Positions 28,925 through 37,990 of a stretch of 64,000 bases of DNA are shown piece by piece. Source of the stretch: an uncultured Planctomycetia bacterium (lineage in GTDB: Bacteria > Omnitrophota > Gorgyraeia > Duberdicusellales > 4484-171); contig CAZVQU010000001.1 of the NCBI GenBank assembly GCA_964629655.1, positions 356,056-420,055 on the forward strand. The letters run 5' to 3'. Within the stretch, counting starts at the first letter, position 1, and the number at the start of each line of letters is the position of its first letter. The notes under the pieces were generated by a model. The model was not told the origin of the DNA. It saw nothing but the letters and a program-made list of their open reading frames with translations, and searched no databases. The translations under genes were made by a program, and so were the position numbers.

Positions 28925-30097
28925 CTATACAAAACTTAGGTGTTCTTTGTCTGCGCTCAAATAATCTAAAATAATTCTATTCTTACCATCAGCCACGCAG
29001 TGATGATTACAGCATATTGATGGATTAATCTTAAAAAAATTATTCTTATCAGAAAACCAGAAATCTTTAAACCGTCTGTTTTTTGTTGAGCCGATAAATC
29101 CTTCTTCAAAATTATAAGCTTTATCTTGGCAAGAGTATATGTTGAGATCTGCTCCAATAATTGGTAATATCTGAAGATATGGGCACCAAGAATAGCTCTT
29201 TTCAAAAGTCTCTAGTTGTTCGTGGTAGGAATCAAATATTTCAAATTCTTCATTGCTAAACTCACTGATTGCTTTAGCAATCTGTTGTTTGACCTGATCA
29301 AATAACACCTTATGATATTCATTATTCTCCTTGCCGCTATTACTCACAATGCAAGGAGCAACCTTAACGCTGCTAACACCTTTGTCTCTTAATTTCTTTA
29401 TCAACTCATAAACATGAAAAGCGTTCTCTTTATCAACGATAATAGATACCCCTAAGTAACACTTTCCTTTATATTTATTGAACTTTTCTATATTCGTCAT
29501 TATCTTAGTAAATTCCCCATGAGGTACGCCTCTATAGGTACAATAGCTCTCATCATCCCAACCATCCATAGAAATCCGCAACCAAGCTCCATGGTGCGCG
29601 AAGAACTCCGCTACTTCACCCGTGACTCCTGCACCATTAGTTAGAGCAGCAAATTTAACTGGGCTCTTAGCAAGTTTCTTAATCGCTTCTAATAAATATG
29701 GGTAACAAAAAGGTTCTCCCCCTCCACTAAAAGTAATGGATTTTACTTTCATTTCTATTGCATCATCCAAAATCTCCATCATTTTATCTTTAGGAATTTG
29801 ATCTTTTATTACCATATCCTTACCTAGCTGCAAATTATCTGCCTTATAAGCACAATACCAACACTTGTGATTACAGACGTTTGTTGGTTTTATTCTTATA
29901 TGAATAGGTGGTGTTATTTTGTCTATGTCTAAAGAAAGTGAGTCTAGCTTCTCTTTAAAATGAAAAATCTTCATCTTTGTATACAGAAGTCTCTTTTTTC
30001 CTAAATTTTTACTCGAAATAGACGAACTCATAATCTCCCTTATAACCGAACTCGTTAAATAACCAAACCCATTCCTTATCGTTAAAGAATGCTTCAC
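28925..30097 (-). CDS. Radical SAM enzyme
   Basis: CNHKCWYCAY CxxxCxxC. Downstream GGGEPF glycine-rich SAM motif. Additional C-terminal Cys residues (CPYLQ...CQDK...CCNHHC). 390 aa. Confidence 0.65.
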   Translation of the reverse strand: MKHSLTIRNGFGYLTSSVIREIMSSSISSKNLGKKRLLYTKMKIFHFKEKLDSLSLDIDKITPPIHIRIKPTNVCNHKCWYCAYKADNLQLGKDMVIKDQIPKDKMMEILDDAIEMKVKSITFSGGGEPFCYPYLLEAIKKLAKSPVKFAALTNGAGVTGEVAEFFAHHGAWLRISMDGWDDESYCTYRGVPHGEFTKIMTNIEKFNKYKGKCYLGVSIIVDKENAFHVYELIKKLRDKGVSSVKVAPCIVSNSGKENNEYHKVLFDQVKQQIAKAISEFSNEEFEIFDSYHEQLETFEKSYSWCPYLQILPIIGADLNIYSCQDKAYNFEEGFIGSTKNRRFKDFWFSDKNNFFKINPSICCNHHCVADGKNRIILDYLSADKEHLSFV

Positions 30098-30668
30098 AGG
30101 TTAATGCCCAACATTGCAGATTAAAAAGTTCCCTCTCATTGCGATAACTTTCAACAGCAATATATTTATTTTTACCTACTCGCTCTATTTCTTGTACTGC
30201 CGCTTTAAGTTCGTTTATATAAAGATTATGCAAAGTTGTTATAGTTATTACCAAATCAAATTCTTTATCTTTAAATGGATAAGGATCTTGGGCTCGGTGG
30301 ATAAATGAACTACTCTTTATCTCATCTTTAGCATCCTCTATCCCGTGCTGCGATATATCAAATCCTTTAACTGTAGCGTTGGGTAAAAGCTTCTTAAGTT
30401 CATAAAGCAAATACCCTTTGCCACAACCTACATCTAATATCTTGGCATCGCTTTTAAGTCCATAATGCTCTATCATCTTTTTAGCAACGATTTCCCATCG
30501 GCCATCATATCTGTAGCCGCCATAGCCGTATCTTCTATCACCATCCCAATAATCTTTGCCGTATTTTCTAGCTACTATTGAGCAGGCTACCTTCTCGTCT
30601 GCCATCCGACCCACATAATCTCTGCTCGTTCTTTTATGTAATGGTGTTATGATATTTAATAATCCCAC
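30009..30668 (-). CDS. Class I SAM-dependent methyltransferase
   Basis: ILDVGCGKGYLL motif I. The listed N-terminus overlaps the upstream gene by about 90 nt, so the true start is probably the internal Met near 30605. Confidence 0.6.
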   Translation of the reverse strand: MGLLNIITPLHKRTSRDYVGRMADEKVACSIVARKYGKDYWDGDRRYGYGGYRYDGRWEIVAKKMIEHYGLKSDAKILDVGCGKGYLLYELKKLLPNATVKGFDISQHGIEDAKDEIKSSSFIHRAQDPYPFKDKEFDLVITITTLHNLYINELKAAVQEIERVGKNKYIAVESYRNERELFNLQCWALTCEAFFNDKEWVWLFNEFGYKGDYEFVYFE

Positions 30669-30670
30669 AT

Positions 30671-31630
30671 TTACCCCTTTATTAAATCTTTTATCTTTCT
30701 TTCCTTTTTGTCTCGATATAAATTTTCTGTCTCCTCTACGATATGTCTAAAAGAAAGACCATTCATCTCCTTCATCTCCTGATAAGAACCATAGCCAGAA
30801 GGGAAAACCCCCCCAAGCCCCATACGTTTAAACATAACCTTATCGCTACTCTCCTCAGATATTACTTCAGCTACTGCACTTCCCAAGCCTCCTATAATAC
30901 TATGCTCTTCTACAGTAAGAATAGCTCCTGTAGATGAGGCTGCTTGAATAATTATCTCTTTATCAATAGGCTTAATCGTAGGCATATTAATAAGAAGTGG
31001 CGAAATTCCTTTTTTTTCTAATTCATCTACTGCTTTAAGTACTTCATGAACAATGCCCCCGGTTGCAATAATAGTAACATCTTTCCCTTCACGCAGAATA
31101 ACTCCTTTACCTACCTGAAAATCATAATCCTGGGTATATACCTCAGGCCCACTGCCCGTAGCTAAACGTATGAATACTGGTCCATCAATAGCTGCGGCAG
31201 CAGAAGTTACTTTTCTTGCCTCAAGACCGTCAGCAGGAGAAAAAATAGTCATATTAGGCAATACTCGCATTACAGCAATATCCTCAGTTGCATGGTGAGT
31301 AGGGCCCAAATTGCTATAGACAAAACCGCCGCCGATTCCAACCAACTTTACATTCATTTTCTGCAAGCAAACATCATTTCTAACCTGCTCAAAAGCTCTC
31401 ATAGTAAGAAAACAAGAAATAGTATAAGTAAAAGGAATCTTACCGCAAGAAGCAAGCCCAGCAGCAACACTAATCATATTCGCTTCAGAAATACCAAAAT
31501 TGATGAAGCGGTCACCAAAATCCTTACGGTATCGATCATAGACAATAGCCCCATTATCTGCTACTAAAGCGAGGATGTTTTTGTCATCCTTAGCTAGATC
31601 ATATAATTGTGCTAGATAATCATTTCGCAT
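30671..31630 (-). CDS. Transketolase, C-terminal (pyrimidine-binding) subunit
   Basis: Split-TK C-terminal subunit signature (FGISEANMISVAAGLA..., C-terminal TK_C domain). 319 aa. Confidence 0.8.
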   Translation of the reverse strand: MRNDYLAQLYDLAKDDKNILALVADNGAIVYDRYRKDFGDRFINFGISEANMISVAAGLASCGKIPFTYTISCFLTMRAFEQVRNDVCLQKMNVKLVGIGGGFVYSNLGPTHHATEDIAVMRVLPNMTIFSPADGLEARKVTSAAAAIDGPVFIRLATGSGPEVYTQDYDFQVGKGVILREGKDVTIIATGGIVHEVLKAVDELEKKGISPLLINMPTIKPIDKEIIIQAASSTGAILTVEEHSIIGGLGSAVAEVISEESSDKVMFKRMGLGGVFPSGYGSYQEMKEMNGLSFRHIVEETENLYRDKKERKIKDLIKG

Positions 31631-32459
31631 TCAACTGCTCCTGAAAATCCTCAATGCCTAACTCTCGACAGGCAATCTTCATCTCCTGATCATTGGGCAG
31701 GCGATAATGCCAGAGGGCAACATCCTCCATAAATGATACACCTTTACCTTTAGTAGTATTTGCCACTATTAAATTCGGCTTACCCTTAGCAAAAGGAATG
31801 CTTTTAAAAGTATCCTGTAATTGAGAAATATTATGACCATCAACCTCTTTTGCCTCCCAACCAAAAGACTTCCATTTATCAACTAAAGGATCTAAAGAAA
31901 CGATCTCATCAAGCTTGTCCATAGCTTGAAATTTATTGTAATCTATTATGGCAACAAGGTTGTCTAACCTATGTTGAGGGGCAAACAAAGCTGCTTCCCA
32001 AATAGAGCCTTCCTGGCATTCACCGTCGCCTAATAAAACAAATACACGATAAACCTTCTTGTCAAACTTAGCAGCTAAAGCCATCCCTACCCCAAAAGGA
32101 AACCCGTGCCCTAAAGCTCCTGTTGAGGCCTCCACTCCGGGAACTTTATACATATCAGGATGCCCGCCCAGAATCGTTCCGCACTTACCAAAGGTATCAA
32201 GGTGTGCTTTTTTAAAAAATCCTCTATCAGCAAGTATAGAATACAAAGCAACACCGGCATGGCCTTTACTTAATATAAATCTATCCCTTGCCGGATCAGT
32301 AGGATTTTTAGGATTAATATTTAAAATTTCATAATAAAGAACAGCTAAAATTTCGGCAGTTGAAAGTGAACCGGTGATATGACCGCCGCCACCTTTACAA
32401 ATAGTCCTAAACATCAACCTTCTTAGCTCTTTAGCTTTTTCTTGTAAATCTATCTTCAT
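31620..32459 (-). CDS. Transketolase, N-terminal (ThDP-binding) subunit
   Basis: GHAGVALYS...GALGHGFPFGVGMA...LGDGECQEG ThDP-binding motifs. 279 aa. Confidence 0.8.
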   Translation of the reverse strand: MKIDLQEKAKELRRLMFRTICKGGGGHITGSLSTAEILAVLYYEILNINPKNPTDPARDRFILSKGHAGVALYSILADRGFFKKAHLDTFGKCGTILGGHPDMYKVPGVEASTGALGHGFPFGVGMALAAKFDKKVYRVFVLLGDGECQEGSIWEAALFAPQHRLDNLVAIIDYNKFQAMDKLDEIVSLDPLVDKWKSFGWEAKEVDGHNISQLQDTFKSIPFAKGKPNLIVANTTKGKGVSFMEDVALWHYRLPNDQEMKIACRELGIEDFQEQLNAK

Positions 32460-32460
32460 G

Positions 32461-33474
32461 CTACTTGAGATTAATTTCTTTCATTGTTTTTATATTGTAA
32501 TAACGACTATCTGTTAAAGAATCTTTCAACTTGCCCTCCCTAAAAGCCTTTATCAAATCGCTCACTCCGTCTTCAATGGTATGTTTAGGAATAAATTGTA
32601 ATTCCCGATTAATCTTCTCTGACGAAATGTGGTAAGACCGCGGATCATCCGAAGGAACTGTAGATATCTTGAGGTTTTTATGCTCAGAGCATTCTTTGCT
32701 TACAACATCACGGGCAACTTCAGCAATGTCAGCAATTGAACGATTCTGATACCCTGCGTTGAAAGTCTTTCCAGCAATTTTCTCACTAGGCAACTCAAGA
32801 AGCATGCAATATAAATCAGTTATATCCTCAATATGAATATTAGGGCGGGTTTGTTTGCCGCCAAAAACAGTAATCTTACCCTTATTGAAAGCGTGGTTAG
32901 TTAAAATATTCACTGTTAAATCAAAACGTTGACGCGGTGAATAACCGCAAACTGTAGCCGGCCGTATTACAACAGTGGTAAAATCCGGTGATTGATATTC
33001 AAGAAGGAGTGGTTCACAAAGGCCTTTATATTTATTATAATCAGTAATAGGCACTAATGGGTGGTCTTCGGTTACTTCCGGAGCATCGCTTAACCCGTAT
33101 ACACTACAAGTTGAAGCGTATATAAACCGTTTAACGCCGCTTTCTTTGCTAATACGGACTAGTGGTTTAAAAGCATCATAATTAATCGAACGGCTCAGTT
33201 CGGGATTAAGTTCAAAACAAGGATCATTAGAAATACAAGCAAGGTGAATAACCGCATCGCACCCCACCAAAAGATTTTTGAGCAATTTCTGGTCACGTAT
33301 ATCACCATTTATTTGTTTTAAGCAAGGGTTGTCCTTAACTGCGTCTAAAACATCTTTACCGTAAATATAAAGATCAAGCACCTTAACCTTGTAACCTTTA
33401 TCTAGTAATTTTGGAACTAAAACTGCTCCAACATACCCTGCCCCACCAGTAACTAAAATAGTCTTCTTACTCAC
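32461..33474 (-). CDS. NAD-dependent epimerase/dehydratase (extended SDR)
   Basis: VTGGAGYVGAVL Rossmann motif. 337 aa. Confidence 0.65.
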   Translation of the reverse strand: MSKKTILVTGGAGYVGAVLVPKLLDKGYKVKVLDLYIYGKDVLDAVKDNPCLKQINGDIRDQKLLKNLLVGCDAVIHLACISNDPCFELNPELSRSINYDAFKPLVRISKESGVKRFIYASTCSVYGLSDAPEVTEDHPLVPITDYNKYKGLCEPLLLEYQSPDFTTVVIRPATVCGYSPRQRFDLTVNILTNHAFNKGKITVFGGKQTRPNIHIEDITDLYCMLLELPSEKIAGKTFNAGYQNRSIADIAEVARDVVSKECSEHKNLKISTVPSDDPRSYHISSEKINRELQFIPKHTIEDGVSDLIKAFREGKLKDSLTDSRYYNIKTMKEINLK

Positions 33475-34072
33475 GACACTCTGCCCTTTCTACTAATTTA
33501 GCTTTATTCTTTATAATAATATCGACTAAACAATGGCAAATTGAATGGTGCGTTATTTCAACAAATCCATATTCTGATATTGGAACATAGAAATTAATAT
33601 CGCCTAACCTTCTTAAGGGATTATCTTGATTAAACCCTGATAGGGTTATAACTTTTAGGCCCCTCTCTTTTGCGGCGGCTGCAGCACATAAGATATTTTC
33701 TGATTGCCCTGAACTACTAATAGCTATCAAGATATCTTGGGGTTCACTAAACATTTCAATTGGTTTCTCAAAAACATGTCTATACCCAAAGTCATTGCTG
33801 ATACAAGTTAGAAGCGAGCTATCATTAAAGCTAAATGCTTTTATGCCGGCATTCTTCCAGAAATCAGTAGCCATATGGCTTGCTATCGAAGCACTTGCAC
33901 CATTACCGATTAAAAAGAGTTTTCTTCCTTGAGTTGCTCGTTCAATAATCAGGTCAATAGACACCTCGGCTGCTTCGTCGAATTCATACCTTTCATTGTT
34001 TGATCCAGTAACAATAGTTTTCTCGAGCAATCCGCCCAAAACTTCAAAATATTCTCTAATATCTTTTTTCAT
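33467..34072 (-). CDS. SIS-domain sedoheptulose-7-phosphate isomerase-like (GmhA-like)
   Basis: SIS phosphosugar-binding motifs (FLIGNGASASIASHMATDF...ISSSGQS). 201 aa. Confidence 0.7.
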   Translation of the reverse strand: MKKDIREYFEVLGGLLEKTIVTGSNNERYEFDEAAEVSIDLIIERATQGRKLFLIGNGASASIASHMATDFWKNAGIKAFSFNDSSLLTCISNDFGYRHVFEKPIEMFSEPQDILIAISSSGQSENILCAAAAAKERGLKVITLSGFNQDNPLRRLGDINFYVPISEYGFVEITHHSICHCLVDIIIKNKAKLVERAECRE

Positions 34073-35601
34073 TTTAATAACCTCGTTATAAATTTGACTA
34101 AATCGACAGATTTTACCGGCTCCCGGTTACATATTATCTGAACCGCTAATGAGCCTACCGCGTTTCCGATAAAAGATGCTAAATCCTGCGACATTCCGTC
34201 TGCAAAACACGGCCCCACAAAGGCAAAAAAAGCATCCCCTGCGCCAATGGCATCAACAACACGATAAGAAAAGGCCGGGGTTGCATGAAAGCCTTCTCTT
34301 TCACAATAACTTAGGGACCCCGTCGGTCCACGAGTAGTAATAATATTCTCACAGTTAAGTTGCTGATATACTTTTTTAATCTGCTTTCGTAAATCACTCG
34401 ATTTATCATGGGTAGCATAACGTAACTCTAGCTCATCAACACAAACACAATCGGCCCGGGGATACTTAGTTACTAAATTAAACCCGATATTGGCACTATT
34501 GGTTTGTACATTTAAAGCAAGATATTTTGCCTTTCGGCAAATAAGATTGATAATCCGTTTTGTCAATAAACCATGGCCAAAATCAGAGATAACAACCAGA
34601 TCATAATTTTTTATTGTCTTATCAAGAGATTCTACGATTCTTGTCTCAAGTTCACGGGAGATATAATCATCTTCCATATAACAGATCTCAAATAATTTTC
34701 TATTTGTCCCCTCGGTCACAAATCTCCGTTTTACAATCGTACCGACATCGCGCCTAGGGAAGAAAACCGGGTTAACATTAGGGCTTAACCGACTCTTGAT
34801 AAAATTCTCAAAAGGATTCTTTTCACCCAAAACAGTTAGTAAATCAACTTCCCCGCAAACACTGGCAACATTATTTGCTGTGGCTAAAGTTCCGCCGGCA
34901 AACGATTCTTCTGACCGATACCGATTAGCCACCAAATGCTCCTTGGAAGACTTTCCCATTGGTAAACAGTAGTGATATTGGTCAATAATTGTATCTCCGA
35001 TTACTAGCGCTTTTAAGCTTTTGAGTGAATGTAATTTCTCGGTTATAAAGTCTATTGAATACCTCTTTGAAATTGCTCTTAAATATTTAACTGTCCTGGG
35101 AGAAAAAGTATCAAGATAATCATTAATCAATTTAGAAGAACTAAAAGTAATGTCATCGGTAAAAACTAAACGCCCTCCTACCGACTTTACCGCCTCTTCT
35201 TCGTCGTGGATCTTACCGGTTACGTCCTTTTCTTTATCCCTATAATCAGAACCTTTTGCGTAAATATTAGGCTTAAGTACCTTAATGCATTCGATAGCAA
35301 CTGATGAATCAATAATCGATATATAATCAGTAACCGCCAAAGACGCCAGAGTTTCGGCTCGCAGATGTTCATTGAAGATCGGCCGGCCTGGACCGCGCTT
35401 CACATGCTTATCTTTGGTAATGGTAACTACAAGAATATCACCTTCTTTCTTGGCCAGATTAAAATGGCGTATATGCCCAAGATGAACGAGATCAAAGACA
35501 CCATGACATTGAACAACTTTCTTACCTTTAGCCTTATGACCTGCTACAATCTTGGCTAAACTGCTTACTGTTTTTATCTTTTTTGTAATCTTTGTGTCCA
35601 T
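34069..35601 (-). CDS. Bifunctional sugar-phosphate nucleotidyltransferase / PfkB-family sugar kinase (HldE/RfaE-like, domain order reversed)
   Basis: N-terminal cytidylyltransferase-like HxGH (CHGVFDLVHLGH). C-terminal PfkB motif DAIGAGDAF. The ORF track start 35712 overlaps the upstream gene by 110 nt. The internal Met (MDTKITKK) at 35601 removes the overlap. Confidence 0.6.
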   Translation of the reverse strand: MDTKITKKIKTVSSLAKIVAGHKAKGKKVVQCHGVFDLVHLGHIRHFNLAKKEGDILVVTITKDKHVKRGPGRPIFNEHLRAETLASLAVTDYISIIDSSVAIECIKVLKPNIYAKGSDYRDKEKDVTGKIHDEEEAVKSVGGRLVFTDDITFSSSKLINDYLDTFSPRTVKYLRAISKRYSIDFITEKLHSLKSLKALVIGDTIIDQYHYCLPMGKSSKEHLVANRYRSEESFAGGTLATANNVASVCGEVDLLTVLGEKNPFENFIKSRLSPNVNPVFFPRRDVGTIVKRRFVTEGTNRKLFEICYMEDDYISRELETRIVESLDKTIKNYDLVVISDFGHGLLTKRIINLICRKAKYLALNVQTNSANIGFNLVTKYPRADCVCVDELELRYATHDKSSDLRKQIKKVYQQLNCENIITTRGPTGSLSYCEREGFHATPAFSYRVVDAIGAGDAFFAFVGPCFADGMSQDLASFIGNAVGSLAVQIICNREPVKSVDLVKFITRLLK

Positions 35602-35602
35602 T

Positions 35603-36592
35603 CTACTCCTTTGCCAAACATTCAAACCATTCCTGGGTTGCCTCTTTAATTGACTCAGGTGTCCATACCGGAGCATCTTTCCAATAATCAATATTCTCAA
35701 TAATTTTTCCAATTCCCTCTTCGAAACTAATCCTTGGTTGCCAACCTAAAGCAGATTTAATCTTGTTTATGTCAGCATGGGTGCAATCCGGTTCGCCCGG
35801 CCTTTTGGGAATATGCACTTTTTCTCCTTTAAGAAGCGATACCAATCTATTTACACTTCGGGGATTGCCTGAACCAACATTAAAAACTTCATTTTTTACA
35901 TCCGAATATGCAGCTTGGATAAAAGCTTCTACTACATCAAAGACATGAATAAAATCCCGCCTCTGTTCTCCATCGCCAACAACTGTAAAGGGTTTACCGG
36001 CCAACTTTTGGGCTAAAAAAACACCAAAAACTGCTCCATATGTACCTGAGGTTCGTGAACGCGAGCCATAAACATTAAACAGCCTTAAAGAGATAACTGG
36101 CAATTTATATACCTGGCCCCAATGTAAAACAATTTCCTCGCCTAAATGCTTAGTGAGCGCATAAGGGTATTGAGGGTGAATTTCAGAAGTCTCCGGTGTA
36201 GGATATTTATCAGGAATACCGTAGCAAGATGAAGATGCAGTATAAACCAGTTTTTTAACCCCTGCTAACCTGGCAGCTTCTATGACAGAAAAAGTTCCGG
36301 TAACATTAGATTTATAATATTGGGCTGGGTTAACTATGGAAGGAACTATATCTGCTAAAGCCGCCATATGTATAACTATATCTATATCCTTAAAATGACC
36401 TTTTATAACCGAAAGTTCTGATATGTCTTTCTGGATAAACTCTAAATTCTTGTTATTTTTGTGATTATCTAGATTTTGTAATCTCCCGGTAGAAAGATTA
36501 TCAATAACTCTCACACTGTGGCTATCACAAAGCAAACGGTCAACCATATGGCTGCCAATAAAACCTGCTCCTCCAGTAACTAAATACCTCAT
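35603..36592 (-). CDS. NAD-dependent sugar nucleotide epimerase/dehydratase (GalE/WbpP-like)
   Basis: VTGGAGFIGSHMVDRL...YxxxK. 329 aa. Confidence 0.7.
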   Translation of the reverse strand: MRYLVTGGAGFIGSHMVDRLLCDSHSVRVIDNLSTGRLQNLDNHKNNKNLEFIQKDISELSVIKGHFKDIDIVIHMAALADIVPSIVNPAQYYKSNVTGTFSVIEAARLAGVKKLVYTASSSCYGIPDKYPTPETSEIHPQYPYALTKHLGEEIVLHWGQVYKLPVISLRLFNVYGSRSRTSGTYGAVFGVFLAQKLAGKPFTVVGDGEQRRDFIHVFDVVEAFIQAAYSDVKNEVFNVGSGNPRSVNRLVSLLKGEKVHIPKRPGEPDCTHADINKIKSALGWQPRISFEEGIGKIIENIDYWKDAPVWTPESIKEATQEWFECLAKE

Positions 36593-36936
36593 CTGCTTCC
36601 TTTCAGTGCCTCTTCGCTACTTCTTAGCTTTTCCCATTCGTCTTTAAGCTTATTGAATTCTGCCTCTTTTCTTTTTAAAAAATGATATGTAAGCTTCACC
36701 TTTTGCCCTAACCCTTTTCCGGTAAGAATGTATTTTACTTTTCCAAGTTTCCCTGGGTTATGGGAAAAGTTCTTCATTTTTACTACGCCCCTTTTGATCA
36801 ATTCCTTTATAAGATAATTAGTCTTGCCTAAAGACATATTAAGATTCTTAGACAGTTCTCTTTGGGTAAGATTTGGAGAATTATGGAGCTCTGAGAGAAG
36901 TCGAAAAGCCTCTTCGTTATGGGAATGTTGGTTCAT
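36589..36936 (-). CDS. Small winged-helix (MarR-like, EPS-locus-associated) transcriptional regulator
   Basis: 115 aa. HTH LTQRELSKNLNMSLGKTNYLIKELIKRGVV. Size and context match the EPS-associated MarR-type regulator family. Confidence 0.5.
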   Translation of the reverse strand: MNQHSHNEEAFRLLSELHNSPNLTQRELSKNLNMSLGKTNYLIKELIKRGVVKMKNFSHNPGKLGKVKYILTGKGLGQKVKLTYHFLKRKEAEFNKLKDEWEKLRSSEEALKGSR

Positions 36937-37077
36937 TGGTTATATAGTTAAAAAAAATTAAAGGTTATGGAAGCAGAAAAGGAGAGAAAAAGTTAGGACA
37001 AAGTTTGCTTTTTCTGAAAGTGTATTAGCCCAATCCTTCCTATCTTCTTAACCCCTCTAGATATCATAGCTATTGCT

Positions 37078-37809
37078 TTACCATTGGCTAACAATATAAT
37101 AAAATCCATTCTTTTTACCACTCACATCTTGCTCGAGAATTGTTTTTATAAACCTACCGCCGCCTTCTTTTATCATTGGTTTAAATATATCAGCGCTAGA
37201 ACCTCCACAACTTTCTAGCAATACAACATAACCATCCTTTTTCATAAACATTTTTATTTTATTGTAGAACCGTCTATGGACTCTCCAATCTTGGTCATAG
37301 ATTTTTATGTTAGTATGTGTTTTTTCGGTTACCAGGCAATGAGGAGGGTTCCCAACTACCAAATCCCACTGCTCACTTCGTGGAATTCCATCTAAGCAAT
37401 CGGATAAATAAATATTAACAAGGTTTTCAATTCCATTGTAAGAAGCAGTAGCTTTGGCTATTTCAACCGCTTTTGGATCTATGTCGGCTAATGTTAACTT
37501 TTCGCAAAAACCATTCGCCAAAAGGGAATATCCTATATACGCTGGCCCAGCACAAAACTCATAAATACTCTCACAGCGTTTTAATCCCAACATAAGCAAA
37601 CACTTTGAATAATCTTGCCCAAACTCACTCCCCCCGCCATCTAAGGAAGGTTTACCAAAAACACTTATTCCGTTGTAGATTACTTTACTGGTTTTATCAT
37701 CAATATAAGCTTTAGGTGAACTTTTCTTTCCCCTAATAACAATTCTTTTACAAACCTCTTTTAAAAGAAAAGAGCTTTTAAAATTAAGAAGCACAGGTGA
37801 TTTTTCCAT
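37078..37809 (-). CDS. SAM-dependent methyltransferase with NPPH (amino-methyltransferase-type motif IV)
   Basis: EFCAGPAYIG motif I-like. DLVVGNPPHC motif IV, the D/N-P-P-[YFH] type of N-directed MTases. AAGGAGG SD 4-5 nt upstream of the ATG. 243 aa. Confidence 0.5.
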   Translation of the reverse strand: MEKSPVLLNFKSSFLLKEVCKRIVIRGKKSSPKAYIDDKTSKVIYNGISVFGKPSLDGGGSEFGQDYSKCLLMLGLKRCESIYEFCAGPAYIGYSLLANGFCEKLTLADIDPKAVEIAKATASYNGIENLVNIYLSDCLDGIPRSEQWDLVVGNPPHCLVTEKTHTNIKIYDQDWRVHRRFYNKIKMFMKKDGYVVLLESCGGSSADIFKPMIKEGGGRFIKTILEQDVSGKKNGFYYIVSQW

Positions 37810-37990
37810 TTTCCCTCCTTATAATTATTTTCTTTTCTCTGTCTCTTAAACCTTTAGATATTGTGGCAAGTCCACCTTCACGCTATTTTTTCTGCCCGAA
37901 CGGACTCCGTCCCGCTCAGTCCCATTCATCTTTCTTCCATCCGAAAAGACGTTCTAACAAAAGGATACGGTATTAATAATTTATCTCTTC

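Noticed and set aside
30671-32459. Interpreting the split transketolase as the housekeeping tkt
   Set aside because: Its position is locus-embedded, between a methyltransferase and heptose-pathway genes, with translational coupling. This argues for a dedicated biosynthetic role. Kept as a finding instead, though a housekeeping role cannot be fully excluded.
36937-37077. 141-bp spacer between the methyltransferase and MarR-like regulator as a possible promoter or operator region
   Set aside because: It is AT-rich with several A-tracts, but I could not pick out a convincing -35/-10 pair or palindromic operator by eye. Left unannotated.
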